From an uncultured Chloroflexia bacterium (GTDB lineage: Bacteria; Chloroflexota; Chloroflexia; Thermomicrobiales; CFX8): DNA of 64,000 bases. The stretch covers positions 392,327 through 456,326 of the forward strand of contig CAVSNU010000002.1 in assembly GCA_963729445.1 (NCBI GenBank), given 5' to 3'. Below the pieces are notes generated by a model. That model did no database searches. It had not been told where the DNA came from and saw only the letters and a program-made list of their open reading frames with translations. Both the position numbers and the translations under genes were made by a program. Positions within the stretch are counted from its first letter, which is position 1, and each line of letters opens with the position of its first letter. Shown piece by piece: positions 10,178 through 18,797 of this stretch.

Positions 10178-12310
10178 TTATTCCTCTGAGGCGGAGGTAA
10201 GGGTGCGGGGCATCCAACCACGATCGAGGAGCGCCTCACGGGCCAGATGGCCGAGCAGCACACCGTGCGGGAGCTCAGGCAGGTTGGGATGATACTCGAA
10301 CCGGTTGCGCTCAAAATACTGCACCACGTGCAGCTCACCATCAGTTTCGGACACTTCCTCGAAGCGCTCCGAGATTGGGTAGCCAAAGATCGACAACCCA
10401 CCGTTCTCCAGCCAGAACGCGAGGAAGTTCCCGCCGAGGGTGTGGCCGGTCTCAGGAAAGTGGAAGCCGCCCTCAGGTGTCTTGTCCGCCCCGACTGGCC
10501 GGAACGGAGCTTCTGAGGTGCGCGAAGTCGTGCGTTCGACACCTAACAAACCCAGGAGCACCTCATACTCGGTGCCGGCAAACTCCGGGTGATACTCAAA
10601 CCGGGCGCGCTCGAAATACTGCGTCAGGTAGGTGTTTCCATCCACGACCGACTTTTCCTGGAACGCTTCCGTCAACGGGTACCCAAACCGCGTCAGTCCG
10701 CCACGGTTGTCCCAGTACGTCGCAAACGGCTTGGGGACATTGTGGGCCGTGACATCGAAGAACGTCACACTCGGGTCACGGGAAGGCGATGTTGGCTTCG
10801 TTAACGGGTGGACGGTGTAGATCACACGCGGGAACTCACGCTGGGCGTAGTAGCCGACGAACTCCTTTACGAGGGCTGCGGTTGCAATGCGTTCACCGAG
10901 ATTCTGCAGCCTGATGAAGCCGACGAGCTCACGCTCTTCACCGGGCAAGAGCGGCTTGCCAAAACCCCAGCGGTACGGGTTGACAACGGCTCCGGCGCCG
11001 GCGAACTCCACGCCCCAACGATAGCAGCCCTCAATCTTGTCAAACCCGGTGGATTCATAATTCTCTGACTCGCGGTAGATGAAGCCTGGGTCCGGCCCCT
11101 GCGTCTCGAGCACGGTTGAGCTCGGGTTACGGACAACAACTCGCACGGTGACCAGCCCATCCGGCTCAACAACGGCCGGTTCTACCCGAAAATCGACCAG
11201 CTCCACCGACTCGGTCCGCACTGGGCGCGGCAAGTACACAGGAGCGGTTCCCGCATGCGCACCGCGCAAGGCGGGCAGGCGCTCGTAGAGCACGTTACCC
11301 GGACATTCCGTGTTGAGGACGTCGCCGTGCCCGCACAGATTGGGAACACCTTCCAGGTAGGAAAAGGTGCTAGCGCCGGTCACATCAATATGGCTTGCTC
11401 GCAGGCCGATCAGTCTCGTTAGTGCGCCCATCGCGGCATCGGTGGGACCTCTCTGCATGAAGTTGCCCAGCAGCGCGATCCCGATCGAGCCAGTGTTGAA
11501 CTGCAACGCGTGCCCGCCAACCACCCCAGGGCCGCCGAAACGTCCCTCGTAGACATTTCCATGCCAGTCGATCAGGTAGTTGTAGCCGATATCTCCCCAG
11601 CCCAGCGTGACCGCGTGGTAATAGTAAACCGCCCGCATCAGCGCAGCCGGGTCATCGAAGGTGTTGGTCGTGTCGGTATGGTGGACGATGATCTTCTCGG
11701 TCGCGGCGTGAGCCGGTGGCCAGAGGACGGGCTTCTTCGGGTCCTGGTCTTTATGACGGAGTTTCTCGTCCGCCCCCCAGGCTGCTCTCGGGATGATCAA
11801 CCCGTCAATCAGGCTGGACTGGGCCAGATCCCGTACCCCAAACTCGTCAGAGGCGGTGTCCCGCACGGTGACGGTGAGCTCGGTCAGCCCAGCGAACGGC
11901 TCGATGCTCGTCCGAACCTGCACAAACGAGCCCGGCGAGAGCAGCGGTGTCGCGTGACCGCGCACTGCTTCATCAAAGAGCGCGTGGCTGTCGGGGTGCA
12001 GATGTTGCCAGTCGGACCAGTTGGAGCCATCGTCGCTGACGCGAGCTTCGAAGGTTAATCCCTCACCCGTCGCGAAGTTGGACAGCCACGACACTTCGAC
12101 AGACGTAAATCGCCCGTCGATCGCGAGTACTGGTGACTGAAAGACTCCCGCGCGGGGAATGCCGGAATTGAACGTCCAGTGCTGCGGCTGCAGAGCCGCT
12201 TCAGTCAGCCGTCGCAGGGAAATCCCGCGCACGTCGTAAAACGTTGCAGCGGTCGCTGCCCCGGCCATCTTCAGCAGATATCGTCGCGATAAGCGCCGCT
12301 CTAGCTTCAT
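10178..12310 (-). CDS. Tat-signal N-acetylmuramoyl-L-alanine amidase (amidase_2/PGRP type) with two C-terminal LGFP-like repeats
   Basis: Twin-arginine leader (LSRRYLLKMAGAATAA). Amidase_2 block IIVHHTD...YYH...GWGDIGYNYLIDW.GNVYEGR..G...GHA..FN.GSIGIALLGNF. The C-terminus has 2 copies of the ..W...GG....GYP..E.f......QYFERARFEYHP.. module. Confidence 0.85.
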   Translation of the reverse strand: MKLERRLSRRYLLKMAGAATAATFYDVRGISLRRLTEAALQPQHWTFNSGIPRAGVFQSPVLAIDGRFTSVEVSWLSNFATGEGLTFEARVSDDGSNWSDWQHLHPDSHALFDEAVRGHATPLLSPGSFVQVRTSIEPFAGLTELTVTVRDTASDEFGVRDLAQSSLIDGLIIPRAAWGADEKLRHKDQDPKKPVLWPPAHAATEKIIVHHTDTTNTFDDPAALMRAVYYYHAVTLGWGDIGYNYLIDWHGNVYEGRFGGPGVVGGHALQFNTGSIGIALLGNFMQRGPTDAAMGALTRLIGLRASHIDVTGASTFSYLEGVPNLCGHGDVLNTECPGNVLYERLPALRGAHAGTAPVYLPRPVRTESVELVDFRVEPAVVEPDGLVTVRVVVRNPSSTVLETQGPDPGFIYRESENYESTGFDKIEGCYRWGVEFAGAGAVVNPYRWGFGKPLLPGEERELVGFIRLQNLGERIATAALVKEFVGYYAQREFPRVIYTVHPLTKPTSPSRDPSVTFFDVTAHNVPKPFATYWDNRGGLTRFGYPLTEAFQEKSVVDGNTYLTQYFERARFEYHPEFAGTEYEVLLGLLGVERTTSRTSEAPFRPVGADKTPEGGFHFPETGHTLGGNFLAFWLENGGLSIFGYPISERFEEVSETDGELHVVQYFERNRFEYHPNLPELPHGVLLGHLAREALLDRGWMPRTLTSASEE

Positions 12311-12500
12311 CTACTGTTCCCAGATCCCGTACCAGCGATACATCGAATGCGGCTGAGTTATCATCGCTTTTAGCGACCGCTGCAACGTTACCACCATGTG
12401 TACGTACAGACAATTCACCCGTTGGTCCTATTCAGACGCTGTTGAGGACGGACAATTCCTGGAGCAGCGTTCGTGGCGGCGCAACGCGGGAAACGGTGCC

Positions 12501-12640
12501 TGATCAGTTATCCTGAGCGTTCATCAGTCACCCTGAGCGCCTTGATAGTCATCCTGAGCCTGAGCGAAGCGAAGGATCTCGTGCTTGACTCACGAGGTGT
12601 TGGACCAGAGATCCTTCCTTGCGTCAGGATGACTGACGAG
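12501..12640. repeat. palindromic intergenic repeat, family A (GTCATCCTGAGCG / GCGAAGGATC type), complete copy
   Basis: Three direct heads (CAGTTATCCTGAGCG, CAGTCACCCTGAGCG, TAGTCATCCTGAGC) plus GAAGCGAAGGATCTC, an approx. 27-nt spacer with its own 6-bp hairpin, then the inverted arm GAGATCCTTCCTTGCGTCAGGATGACTGACGAG. Confidence 0.8.
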
Positions 12641-12676
12641 CGCCGTTCACTCGACCACGCTGATGGCGTCACCCCC

Positions 12677-12747
12677 GTAGGGGAGGAGCTCGTCTCCTCC
12701 CTGTCTTGGCGCTCGTGGGTCCGGGAGGAGACGAGCTCCTCCCCTAC
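12677..12747. repeat. perfect 25-bp inverted repeat (GTAGGGG...CCCCTAC type hairpin)
   Basis: GTAGGGGAGGAGCTCGTCTCCTCCC at 12677-12701 and its exact reverse complement at 12723-12747. Each arm is itself internally palindromic (GGAGGA...TCCTCC). Confidence 0.8.
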
Positions 12748-12805
12748 CGACCGGTAGGAACCACGAATCGTGACAACCCTCCGGTGGTCCAGTACTGAGC
12801 TTGAT

Positions 12806-12964
12806 CGTCATCCTGCGTTTGACCAGAGATCCTTCCTTACGTCAGGATGACTCATAAGCGCAGGATGACTATCAAACGCAGGATGCTGTCACCCCCGGCC
12901 GACAGACGGAACCCCGGCGCGTGACAACTCCCCGGTGGTCCAGCACTCAGGATGACTGACGCAG
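12806..12964. repeat. family A repeat, right-arm-rich partial copy
   Basis: CGTCATCCTGCG, then GACCAGAGATCCTTCCTTACGTCAGGATGACT, followed by the tails GCGCAGGATGACTATCAA, ACGCAGGATGCTGTCACC and CACTCAGGATGACTGACGCAG. Confidence 0.7.
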
Positions 12965-13141
12965 ACCGTTTCTGGACTCGATCGGGGCGGAGGCTGAGCC
13001 AATGTGACGCGTTCCCTGATTGATCCGATAATGAGATGCAGCCTCCGTCTGCGTACGCGCCCCTGGCGAAGAACCTGGTGCACAGAACAGCTCTCAAGCG
13101 CCTCAAAGCGTTGCAGACACAAACACTGACCGGAACCTCTT

Positions 13142-13150
13142 TGCTATAGT
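13142..13150 (+). promoter_or_regulatory. candidate extended -10 promoter element (TGcTATAGT)
   Basis: TGCTATAGT lies 38 nt upstream of the ATG at 13188. I could not pick out a convincing -35. Confidence 0.25.
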
Positions 13151-13187
13151 CAATCTCGTAACGACTCGATCGTTCCGGAGACATGCC

Positions 13188-14027
13188 ATGCCGCCCAGCG
13201 CGATCTCGTCCAGCAGTAATCCCAAACGCGCCACGTTCCGGCTCGGCTGGCCGGCGGCGTTCGTAACCCTGTGCGTCTTGCCGGTTGCCGTCTTTCTGGC
13301 GCTGCCCTGGTCGATCGAAGGGAAGTCGCTGGCTGTTTTACACGGTCTCTGTGCCCAACAACCCGGCCACTCGTTCTACTTCGGAGAGAACCGGTTGCCG
13401 TTCGACGCGCGCATGACCGGCATTTACGGCGGCTTCGGCGTCGCGTCGCTCTTCTTCCTCGCGCGCGGCCGTTGGGGGCAGGGTGGCTTGCCATCAATGG
13501 GTATCGCCGCGATTCTGGCTTTGGGAGTGGTGGCGCTGGGTGTTGACGGACTCAACTCGACGATGCTGGACCTGGGCCAGTGGCATCTCTACACACCGGC
13601 GAACGAGTTCCGTCTGGCAACCGGTCTCCTCACGGGGGTCGCACTCGCAACCTTCGTCTGGCTGCTGGTGGGTCAGGTAGCGATGCGGCAGACGGAACGC
13701 AGCGCCGGCAAGCTCATCACCGGCTACGCGGAGCTGGGCATGATCCTGGCACTTGCGGCAGGCTACGCAGCCATCGTCCTGACCAACTGGGAGCCGGCGC
13801 GGCTGCCGCTCACGGCTCTCTTGCTCGTCTCGGCAGCCGCCGTTCTCACCGGGTTGAGCCTTGCGTTTGTCTTGCTCGTTAGCCGGCGCGAGAACCAGGC
13901 CGTGACAACCGCTGACCTCGCGGCGCCGGCCACCGTGGCACTGCTGGTCGCATTCTCGATTCTGGCGCTCACCAGTGGCAGCCGCTTCATCCTCGAAGCA
14001 GTGTATGGGATCCCGACCGTCGCATAA
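13188..14027 (+). CDS. DUF2085-like polytopic membrane protein
   Basis: Conserved ..LCAQQPGHSF......LPFDARMTGIYGG.. block typical of DUF2085, followed by about 6 TM helices. Confidence 0.65.
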   Translation: MPPSAISSSSNPKRATFRLGWPAAFVTLCVLPVAVFLALPWSIEGKSLAVLHGLCAQQPGHSFYFGENRLPFDARMTGIYGGFGVASLFFLARGRWGQGGLPSMGIAAILALGVVALGVDGLNSTMLDLGQWHLYTPANEFRLATGLLTGVALATFVWLLVGQVAMRQTERSAGKLITGYAELGMILALAAGYAAIVLTNWEPARLPLTALLLVSAAAVLTGLSLAFVLLVSRRENQAVTTADLAAPATVALLVAFSILALTSGSRFILEAVYGIPTVA

Positions 14028-14037
14028 GATAGGTGCT

Positions 14038-14490
14038 ATGAGTTCTAACCAACCAGGAAATGCCCAAACTGAAGGCTGGCCCGAGACTCCGGCTGAGCTG
14101 ACCTACAACCTCGATCGCGTGCTGGAGCTCTTCGCGCGCATCCAGAACGGAGAACGGGTCGACCTCCTCGAAGGTCTGCTGGACTGCGCCGATTGGCGCG
14201 AGATGTTCGGCAGTACCGGCAGCGGGATCTTGAAACCAGACGACATCGAGCAGATAAAGACGTACTACCGGGCCAAGTTCGCTGACGTGAACCGCTACTA
14301 TCTCGCGGAACAGCTCAGCACCGAGCTGATGACCGCGCTGATGTCCAGTGGCGATTTCGTCTTCTCCGACCCGCTAAAGGCCTTCGGGCGAGACAACCCG
14401 AAGCTCTGGCAAGAAATCCGCGCATTCTTCGGTCGCAAGGAATTCTCGACCGCCCAGCTCGTCCTGGCCGACGAACCGGGCTCTGTCTAA
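14038..14490 (+). CDS. hypothetical soluble protein
   Basis: In-frame ATG (MSSNQPGN...) 11 nt after the upstream stop, with coding-like GC3. No family recognised. The ORF-track start at 13975 would overlap the previous gene. Confidence 0.5.
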   Translation: MSSNQPGNAQTEGWPETPAELTYNLDRVLELFARIQNGERVDLLEGLLDCADWREMFGSTGSGILKPDDIEQIKTYYRAKFADVNRYYLAEQLSTELMTALMSSGDFVFSDPLKAFGRDNPKLWQEIRAFFGRKEFSTAQLVLADEPGSV

Positions 14491-14502
14491 ACAGGTGCGC
14501 CC

Positions 14503-15114
14503 ATGCTAGCCGCCCGCATCCGATCCCCTCTCCGGTGGCTCTGGGCCTTTATCGGCTCACTGGCGATGCTGGCTATTGCCGGATTGACCGGCATTGGCTG
14601 GTTCGCCCTCGGTGTGCCGCTCGCCATTGGCGTCTTCCTGCTCGCCCCGCCCCTGGGCCCGTTCAAGCATGAGGAACGGGTGATCGACCGTGCTGGGCTT
14701 ACGCTCGCGGCCACGGAGATCGAGCGTCCGCTGACGGCCCCAGGGAGCGCGCCGCTCGTCGGCTATACGCTCATCCTGCGCAACGAAGGTCACACCGACG
14801 CTGAGGATTTCTCCCTGCGGCTGTTAGTGCCGGATACGCTGGCGCCGCGGAACGGTGCCGTCAAGCCTCTCGGGAAGATCCTACGAGGCCAGATGGGCTT
14901 GCACTGGTTTATCGAGGGCGCGTATGACGCGACCGCGTTGACGTTCCGAACCCGGCTCGCACCCGGTGACGACTTCGTCTGCCGCGCCGGCGAGAGCATG
15001 GAGATCGCCGAGCTGCACTTCAGCGCCGAACGGCAACCTCACGGGACCGTTCTCGATTATCAGGTGAGCGGTGGCAGCGCCAAAGCCGCACTCGGGCAAG
15101 TCCGGCTGGAATAG
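14503..15114 (+). CDS. hypothetical membrane protein (2 TM plus a beta-rich C-terminal domain)
   Basis: Two N-terminal hydrophobic helices. The start is 13 nt after the upstream stop. No family recognised. Confidence 0.5.
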   Translation: MLAARIRSPLRWLWAFIGSLAMLAIAGLTGIGWFALGVPLAIGVFLLAPPLGPFKHEERVIDRAGLTLAATEIERPLTAPGSAPLVGYTLILRNEGHTDAEDFSLRLLVPDTLAPRNGAVKPLGKILRGQMGLHWFIEGAYDATALTFRTRLAPGDDFVCRAGESMEIAELHFSAERQPHGTVLDYQVSGGSAKAALGQVRLE

Positions 15115-15298
15115 TTGCACCATGCCTGTCGCCCATCACGACATCCAGACATTTGATTGCGACAACTGGTAATGGAGGGGCTCGGTCCCTCCCGAATTCA
15201 CGACCGCCAGGACCGGGCAGGGACGCCCTCCTTCACGACGGTACTTCAATCCCAACCCCGGTCCCCAAGGCCAAACATCCGGGTCGCTGGCACGAACG

Positions 15299-15327
15299 AA
15301 AAACCCCCACCGGTTCTCCGGTGGGGG
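15299..15327 (-). terminator. rho-independent terminator downstream of rpsU
   Basis: On the minus strand: CCCCCACCGG-agaa-CCGGTGGGGG followed by TTTTT. It begins 32 nt after the rpsU stop. Confidence 0.7.
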
Positions 15328-15358
15328 TTGCTGTAGCGAGGTGCTTGTTACCGCGGAA

Positions 15359-15584
15359 CTAGTAGCGCCCGCGAGTTGGAGCGGCGCCTTCGCCGTCCTT
15401 GGCGAGCTTGCGGCGACGCTTGTGCTCGGCCTTGCGCATCTTCATGCGGCGCTGCTCGCTCTTGCTCACAAACCGCCGCTTGCTGCGGAATTCGCGCAAC
15501 ACGCCTGAGGATTGCAGATCCTTCGTAAAACGCCTAAGAAGCCCGTCGAAGCCCTCGTTATCACGTAGCTCTGACCTTCATCAT
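15359..15584 (-). CDS. rpsU: 30S ribosomal protein S21, with an apparent 1-nt frame disruption after codon 4
   Basis: Not in the ORF track. The minus strand reads GGGGGGTGG-N7-ATGATGAAGGTC A GAGCTACGTGATAACGAGGGCTTCGAC... . The body frame gives ELRDNEGFDGLLRRFTKDLQSSGVLREFRSKRRFVSKSEQRRMKMRKAEHKRRRKLAKDGEGAAPTRGRY, an S21 signature. The only start and RBS are in the other frame (MMKVRAT*). The span is 226 nt, not a multiple of 3. Confidence 0.75.
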
Positions 15585-15813
15585 CCAGAACCACCCCCCT
15601 TCAGGTCATGTATTGGCAGCGCGTCCACCGCATCAGGTGGTAACACTCATTCAAATAGCGCGGCGCATCTCGTGCCGCATTCCAACTCTTTATTCTATCG
15701 CATTGAGCGCGAAACTTCAGAGGCATTCCACGTTTCCGCGCACCAACAGAACCTTCTGGGTGCGTTCGCTATACTCACGAGGGTATTTGCGTCCGGAGGA
15801 AGTCTGGGATAGC

Positions 15814-16416
15814 TTGTCTGACGAGATCGGAATTCTCTACTGCGGCTCATGCGGAGCCCTCAATCCACGCCTTAACCATTACTGCTCAGCCTGCGGACAC
15901 GCGCTCGTTGACGCGTACCACGCATCCGAGGGGCTGCGCGTCTACGCCACGGCAGATACCGGTGCCGCTCTGGTAGACATCGTTGACCCGGGGGCCGACA
16001 TTGTTGTCATCGAGACGAACGAGAGTCTGCCCAGTGATTTCGTCAAGATCTCGCTGCCGGACGGTCGCATCGGTTATGTCCGGCTGCGCGAAGTTGAACG
16101 CATCGCCGGTGAGACCGTCGCTGCCGAACCGGCTCGTCGCGAGCCGGTGGGATGCATCTCATCTACCGCGTTGCTCGCGATTATCGTGCTGGCCGCCGTC
16201 GTGGGTGCATTGGCGATGGTGACCGCCTTCCGCTCAACCGACGCCAACGCCGACTTCCTGGCAGTGCTCTCCTGTATCGTCGTGGTCCCCTTTTTCGCCA
16301 TGGTCGTCGGCTTCTATCTATACGTGCGCAAGCGCGAAGACGAGATCCTCGAGGAACGTCGCACGGATCAGGCCGGGAGATCACCGTCGAACGGGTTCGA
16401 ATCGTCACTCGACTGA
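15814..16416 (+). CDS. zinc-ribbon / SH3-like / single-TM protein
   Basis: CGSCG...CSACG zinc ribbon, an SH3-like segment (LRVYATADTGAALVDIV...VKISLPDGRIGYVRL), TM helices and a charged tail. TTG start chosen, with GGAGGA 13 nt upstream. The longer ORF-track N-terminus looks non-coding. Confidence 0.5.
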   Translation: MSDEIGILYCGSCGALNPRLNHYCSACGHALVDAYHASEGLRVYATADTGAALVDIVDPGADIVVIETNESLPSDFVKISLPDGRIGYVRLREVERIAGETVAAEPARREPVGCISSTALLAIIVLAAVVGALAMVTAFRSTDANADFLAVLSCIVVVPFFAMVVGFYLYVRKREDEILEERRTDQAGRSPSNGFESSLD

Positions 16417-16504
16417 GGGGCGGTTGGCCATCGGGTGAATGTCGACGCCGAGGAGATCGAGTTCCGGCATGCATGGCAGTCGCTAGCACGTACCAGGAGG
16501 CCCA

Positions 16505-16732
16505 ATGGAGACGCGCGCCACGATCGAGGGGCTGCGGCAGTTCTTGATCCACAGTGAACCCTACACGCAGGTCTATTACAGCACCCAGGATGAACCGGAC
16601 ACGATTCATCAGGCGCGACTGGGATCGGCCGACCTTCCGGAAGGGCTCAAGGTCGGTGACTCTGTGGTTATCTTTTCGTTGATGGGTATTGTCGCGGAGA
16701 TCCGGCGGATCGAAGATAACCCGGCGAGCTAG
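16505..16732 (+). CDS. small hypothetical protein (75 aa)
   Basis: Strong CAGGAGG RBS 5 nt upstream of the ATG. The 3' end overlaps the convergent MarR gene by 4 nt. Confidence 0.45.
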   Translation: METRATIEGLRQFLIHSEPYTQVYYSTQDEPDTIHQARLGSADLPEGLKVGDSVVIFSLMGIVAEIRRIEDNPAS

Positions 16733-17247
16733 TGACCTGTGGGTATCACCCGCAGCAGCGCTCGTAGTGACTCGCGCAAGCCGGCACGCTCTTCCAGACT
16801 GAGCCGAACCAGGGCACGTTCCGCCTGATCTCCGTGGGCTGGCATCAGGCGCTCCACCAGATCGCGGCCGTCTTGCGTCAAGTTGTTCAGCACCACCCGG
16901 CGATCGCGCGGGTCGCTCATGCGGTACGAGAGCCGCTGGCGCACCAGCCGGTCCAGAATTCCCGTGATCGTCGGCGTGGACACGTCCAGGTGCCGCGCAA
17001 GGTCCGACACGCGCGTCGGCCCCTCATGGAACAGGATGGTCATCACCCGCAGCTGCTGCATCGTAATCTGCGCCGTCGACCATGCCGCCGAGATCTCCTG
17101 CGAGGATGGCTGCAAACGCACCACGGTCTCTCTCAGGAGCTCGACCAGCTCATCCACCGACTCGGCATGGCTCGCCGACGTAGACGGCAAGCCATTTGCC
17201 ATCGGTTTGAGCGTGCTTCCTCCGGACATAGGAAACCCCTTCAGCAC
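16729..17247 (-). CDS. MarR-family transcriptional regulator
   Basis: Winged-HTH block ITMQQLRVMTILFHEGPTRVSDLARHLDVSTPTITGILDRLVRQRL..R..DP.DRR.V. Divergent from ctc. Confidence 0.85.
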   Translation of the reverse strand: MLKGFPMSGGSTLKPMANGLPSTSASHAESVDELVELLRETVVRLQPSSQEISAAWSTAQITMQQLRVMTILFHEGPTRVSDLARHLDVSTPTITGILDRLVRQRLSYRMSDPRDRRVVLNNLTQDGRDLVERLMPAHGDQAERALVRLSLEERAGLRESLRALLRVIPTGH

Positions 17248-17474
17248 TTAAGCGACGCTTGTGGCAGCACAACCGTTACTCCGAGTGTAAGTGTTTTACG
17301 AGCCACTAACTATGAGAACATGGTCCCGAATTGAACTAGGACGGGGTAGCTATTGGCTACCCTGCCTCAATTCTGGTACCTTTGACGATTGCGCGGTCGG
17401 GGTGACCGCAGAGCACAACGACGACGTGTCGACTGTGCATCCGCGCCGAATGGTCCAGAGAGGCAGATAGGCAG

Positions 17475-18112
17475 ATGGCACACAACTATTCCCTGCAGGC
17501 CAGCGTTCGCACGATCACTGGCAAGCGAGTACGAAGGCTACGGGTCGACGGCAAGATTCCGGCCGTCATTTATGGGCCGGTCGTTACGACTCCCGTTCCT
17601 GTCATCGTCGAAGAGCGCGAGCTCATGCGCACGTATCAAGCAGTCGGTAACTCCACTCTCATCGACGTGAACGTCGATGGCGAAAGCTATACCGTCTATA
17701 TGCGCGACATTCAGCGGCACCCGGTCAAGCGCCGGCCCCTGCATGCCGAGTTTTTTGCGCCAAACCTACGGGTCGCGATGACGGCGCACATCCCTATCCA
17801 TCTGAACGGGGAGCCACGCTCGTCAAACCTAGTGGTCATGCACACCCATGACTGGGTGGAGCTCCGTGGCCTGCCGGCCAACCTGCCGAGCAGCATCGAG
17901 GTCGACATCTCAGGGCTGGAAGCAGTCGACGACTCGATCTTCGTACGCGACCTCGTGCTCCCTGAAGGCGTCGAGCTCCTCACAGATGGGGACGAGCTGA
18001 TCGTACGTCTGACCGAGCCGCAGCTGGTCGAGGAAGAGGAAGCCGAGGCGGGCGAGGAAGCTGCCGAAGAGGCAGCAAGCGGTCGAAGAGCCGGAAGAAT
18101 CCGGACGAATAG
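17475..18112 (+). CDS. ctc: 50S ribosomal protein L25 / general stress protein Ctc (3' end unresolved)
   Basis: The N-terminal R..GK...R.LR..G.IPAV.YG motif, two-domain Ctc layout and acidic EEEEAEAGEEAAEEAA tail are all present. The start frame has no stop until 18842. A TAG in the +2 frame sits at 18110-18112, just before a terminator hairpin. The end coordinate given is that TAG. Confidence 0.8.
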
Positions 18113-18138
18113 TCCCGCTCAAAACGACATGGCATTAC

Positions 18139-18170
18139 AAGGGCGACGCAGTGCGTCGCCCTTCCTCTTG
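18139..18170. terminator. bidirectional terminator-like hairpin between ctc and the convergent glycosyltransferase gene
   Basis: AAGGGCGACGC-agt-GCGTCGCCCTT (11-bp stem) followed by the pyrimidine/T-rich CCTCTTGCCCTTGTT. It lies between the expected ctc end and the GT stop at 18177. Confidence 0.55.
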
Positions 18171-18176
18171 CCCTTG

Positions 18177-18797
18177 TTATCCATGTCTCCGCAGGCGCTG
18201 AAGCATTCTCCGACCTGGCAGCCGGTCCCTCGATGCCTGCGCTTCCAGCGCGCGATTCTTCTCCGCTACCGTCGCCTCCAGCTGGCGCGCATATTGCGCC
18301 GTTTCGCTGTACAGCCGTTCAAGGTCGTGGAGATATCGCTGCCGGGTGTCGTCCTCGCGGCGTGCCCCCAGATGCAAGGGCTCGCGTATCGCCGCGAGCA
18401 ACGGCTCCGCGACCCGTTCCCAGGTATAGCGGTCGGCAACCGTCGCGATGCGCGTGCGGAGGGGCGCCGCACGTCCAGGGTCCAGGAGTGTCTCGATCGC
18501 CGCGGACACAGCCCGCGCATCTCCCGGAGGAACGGTAATACCAACACCTTCATCACGCACGAGATCGGCCAGCACATCCCCGTCGGTCGCAACCACCGGC
18601 AGACCACACCACAAGTTATCCAGGATTCGTGTCCGAAACGAGAAGCGTGCCTCGACGGTAGGGTAATGCAGAGAGAGCGCCACGTCAGACTGCAGCAGCC
18701 AGTTGTGTCGTTCTCCATAGGGCGTCCACTCGTTGAAAAAGACGTGGCTGTCGAGAAGGCCCAGCCCCTCCGCCAGGCGTTGGGCATCATCCACCAT
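18177..18797 (-). CDS. GT1/GT4-type glycosyltransferase, C-terminal fragment
   Basis: MVDDAQRLAEGLGLLDSHVFFNEW.PY..R..W.L..D...S......E.RFSFRTR..D..W.GLPVV.T.GD is the C-terminal Rossmann half of a group-1 GT. It is continuous in meaning with the ORF ending at 18787. Confidence 0.75.
   Translation of the reverse strand: MVDDAQRLAEGLGLLDSHVFFNEWTPYGERHNWLLQSDVALSLHYPTVEARFSFRTRILDNLWCGLPVVATDGDVLADLVRDEGVGITVPPGDARAVSAAIETLLDPGRAAPLRTRIATVADRYTWERVAEPLLAAIREPLHLGARREDDTRQRYLHDLERLYSETAQYARQLEATVAEKNRALEAQASRDRLPGRRMLQRLRRHG

Noticed and set aside
12501-12964. The repeated GTCATCCTGAGC / CAGGATGAC units considered as a CRISPR array. This also applies at 20900-21120 and 25685-25900.
   Set aside because: The units are 12-20 nt, irregularly spaced and occur in both orientations, forming long palindromes. 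There are no unique spacers of constant length and no cas genes in the window.
15566-15584. A programmed +1 frameshift (prfB-like) in rpsU.
   Set aside because: The only in-frame stop context is ACG TGA T, where the P-site tRNA could not re-pair in +1. Shifting there would give MMKVRATDNEG, a worse fit to S21 than the simple removal of one A (MMKVELRDNEG). A plain indel is more parsimonious.
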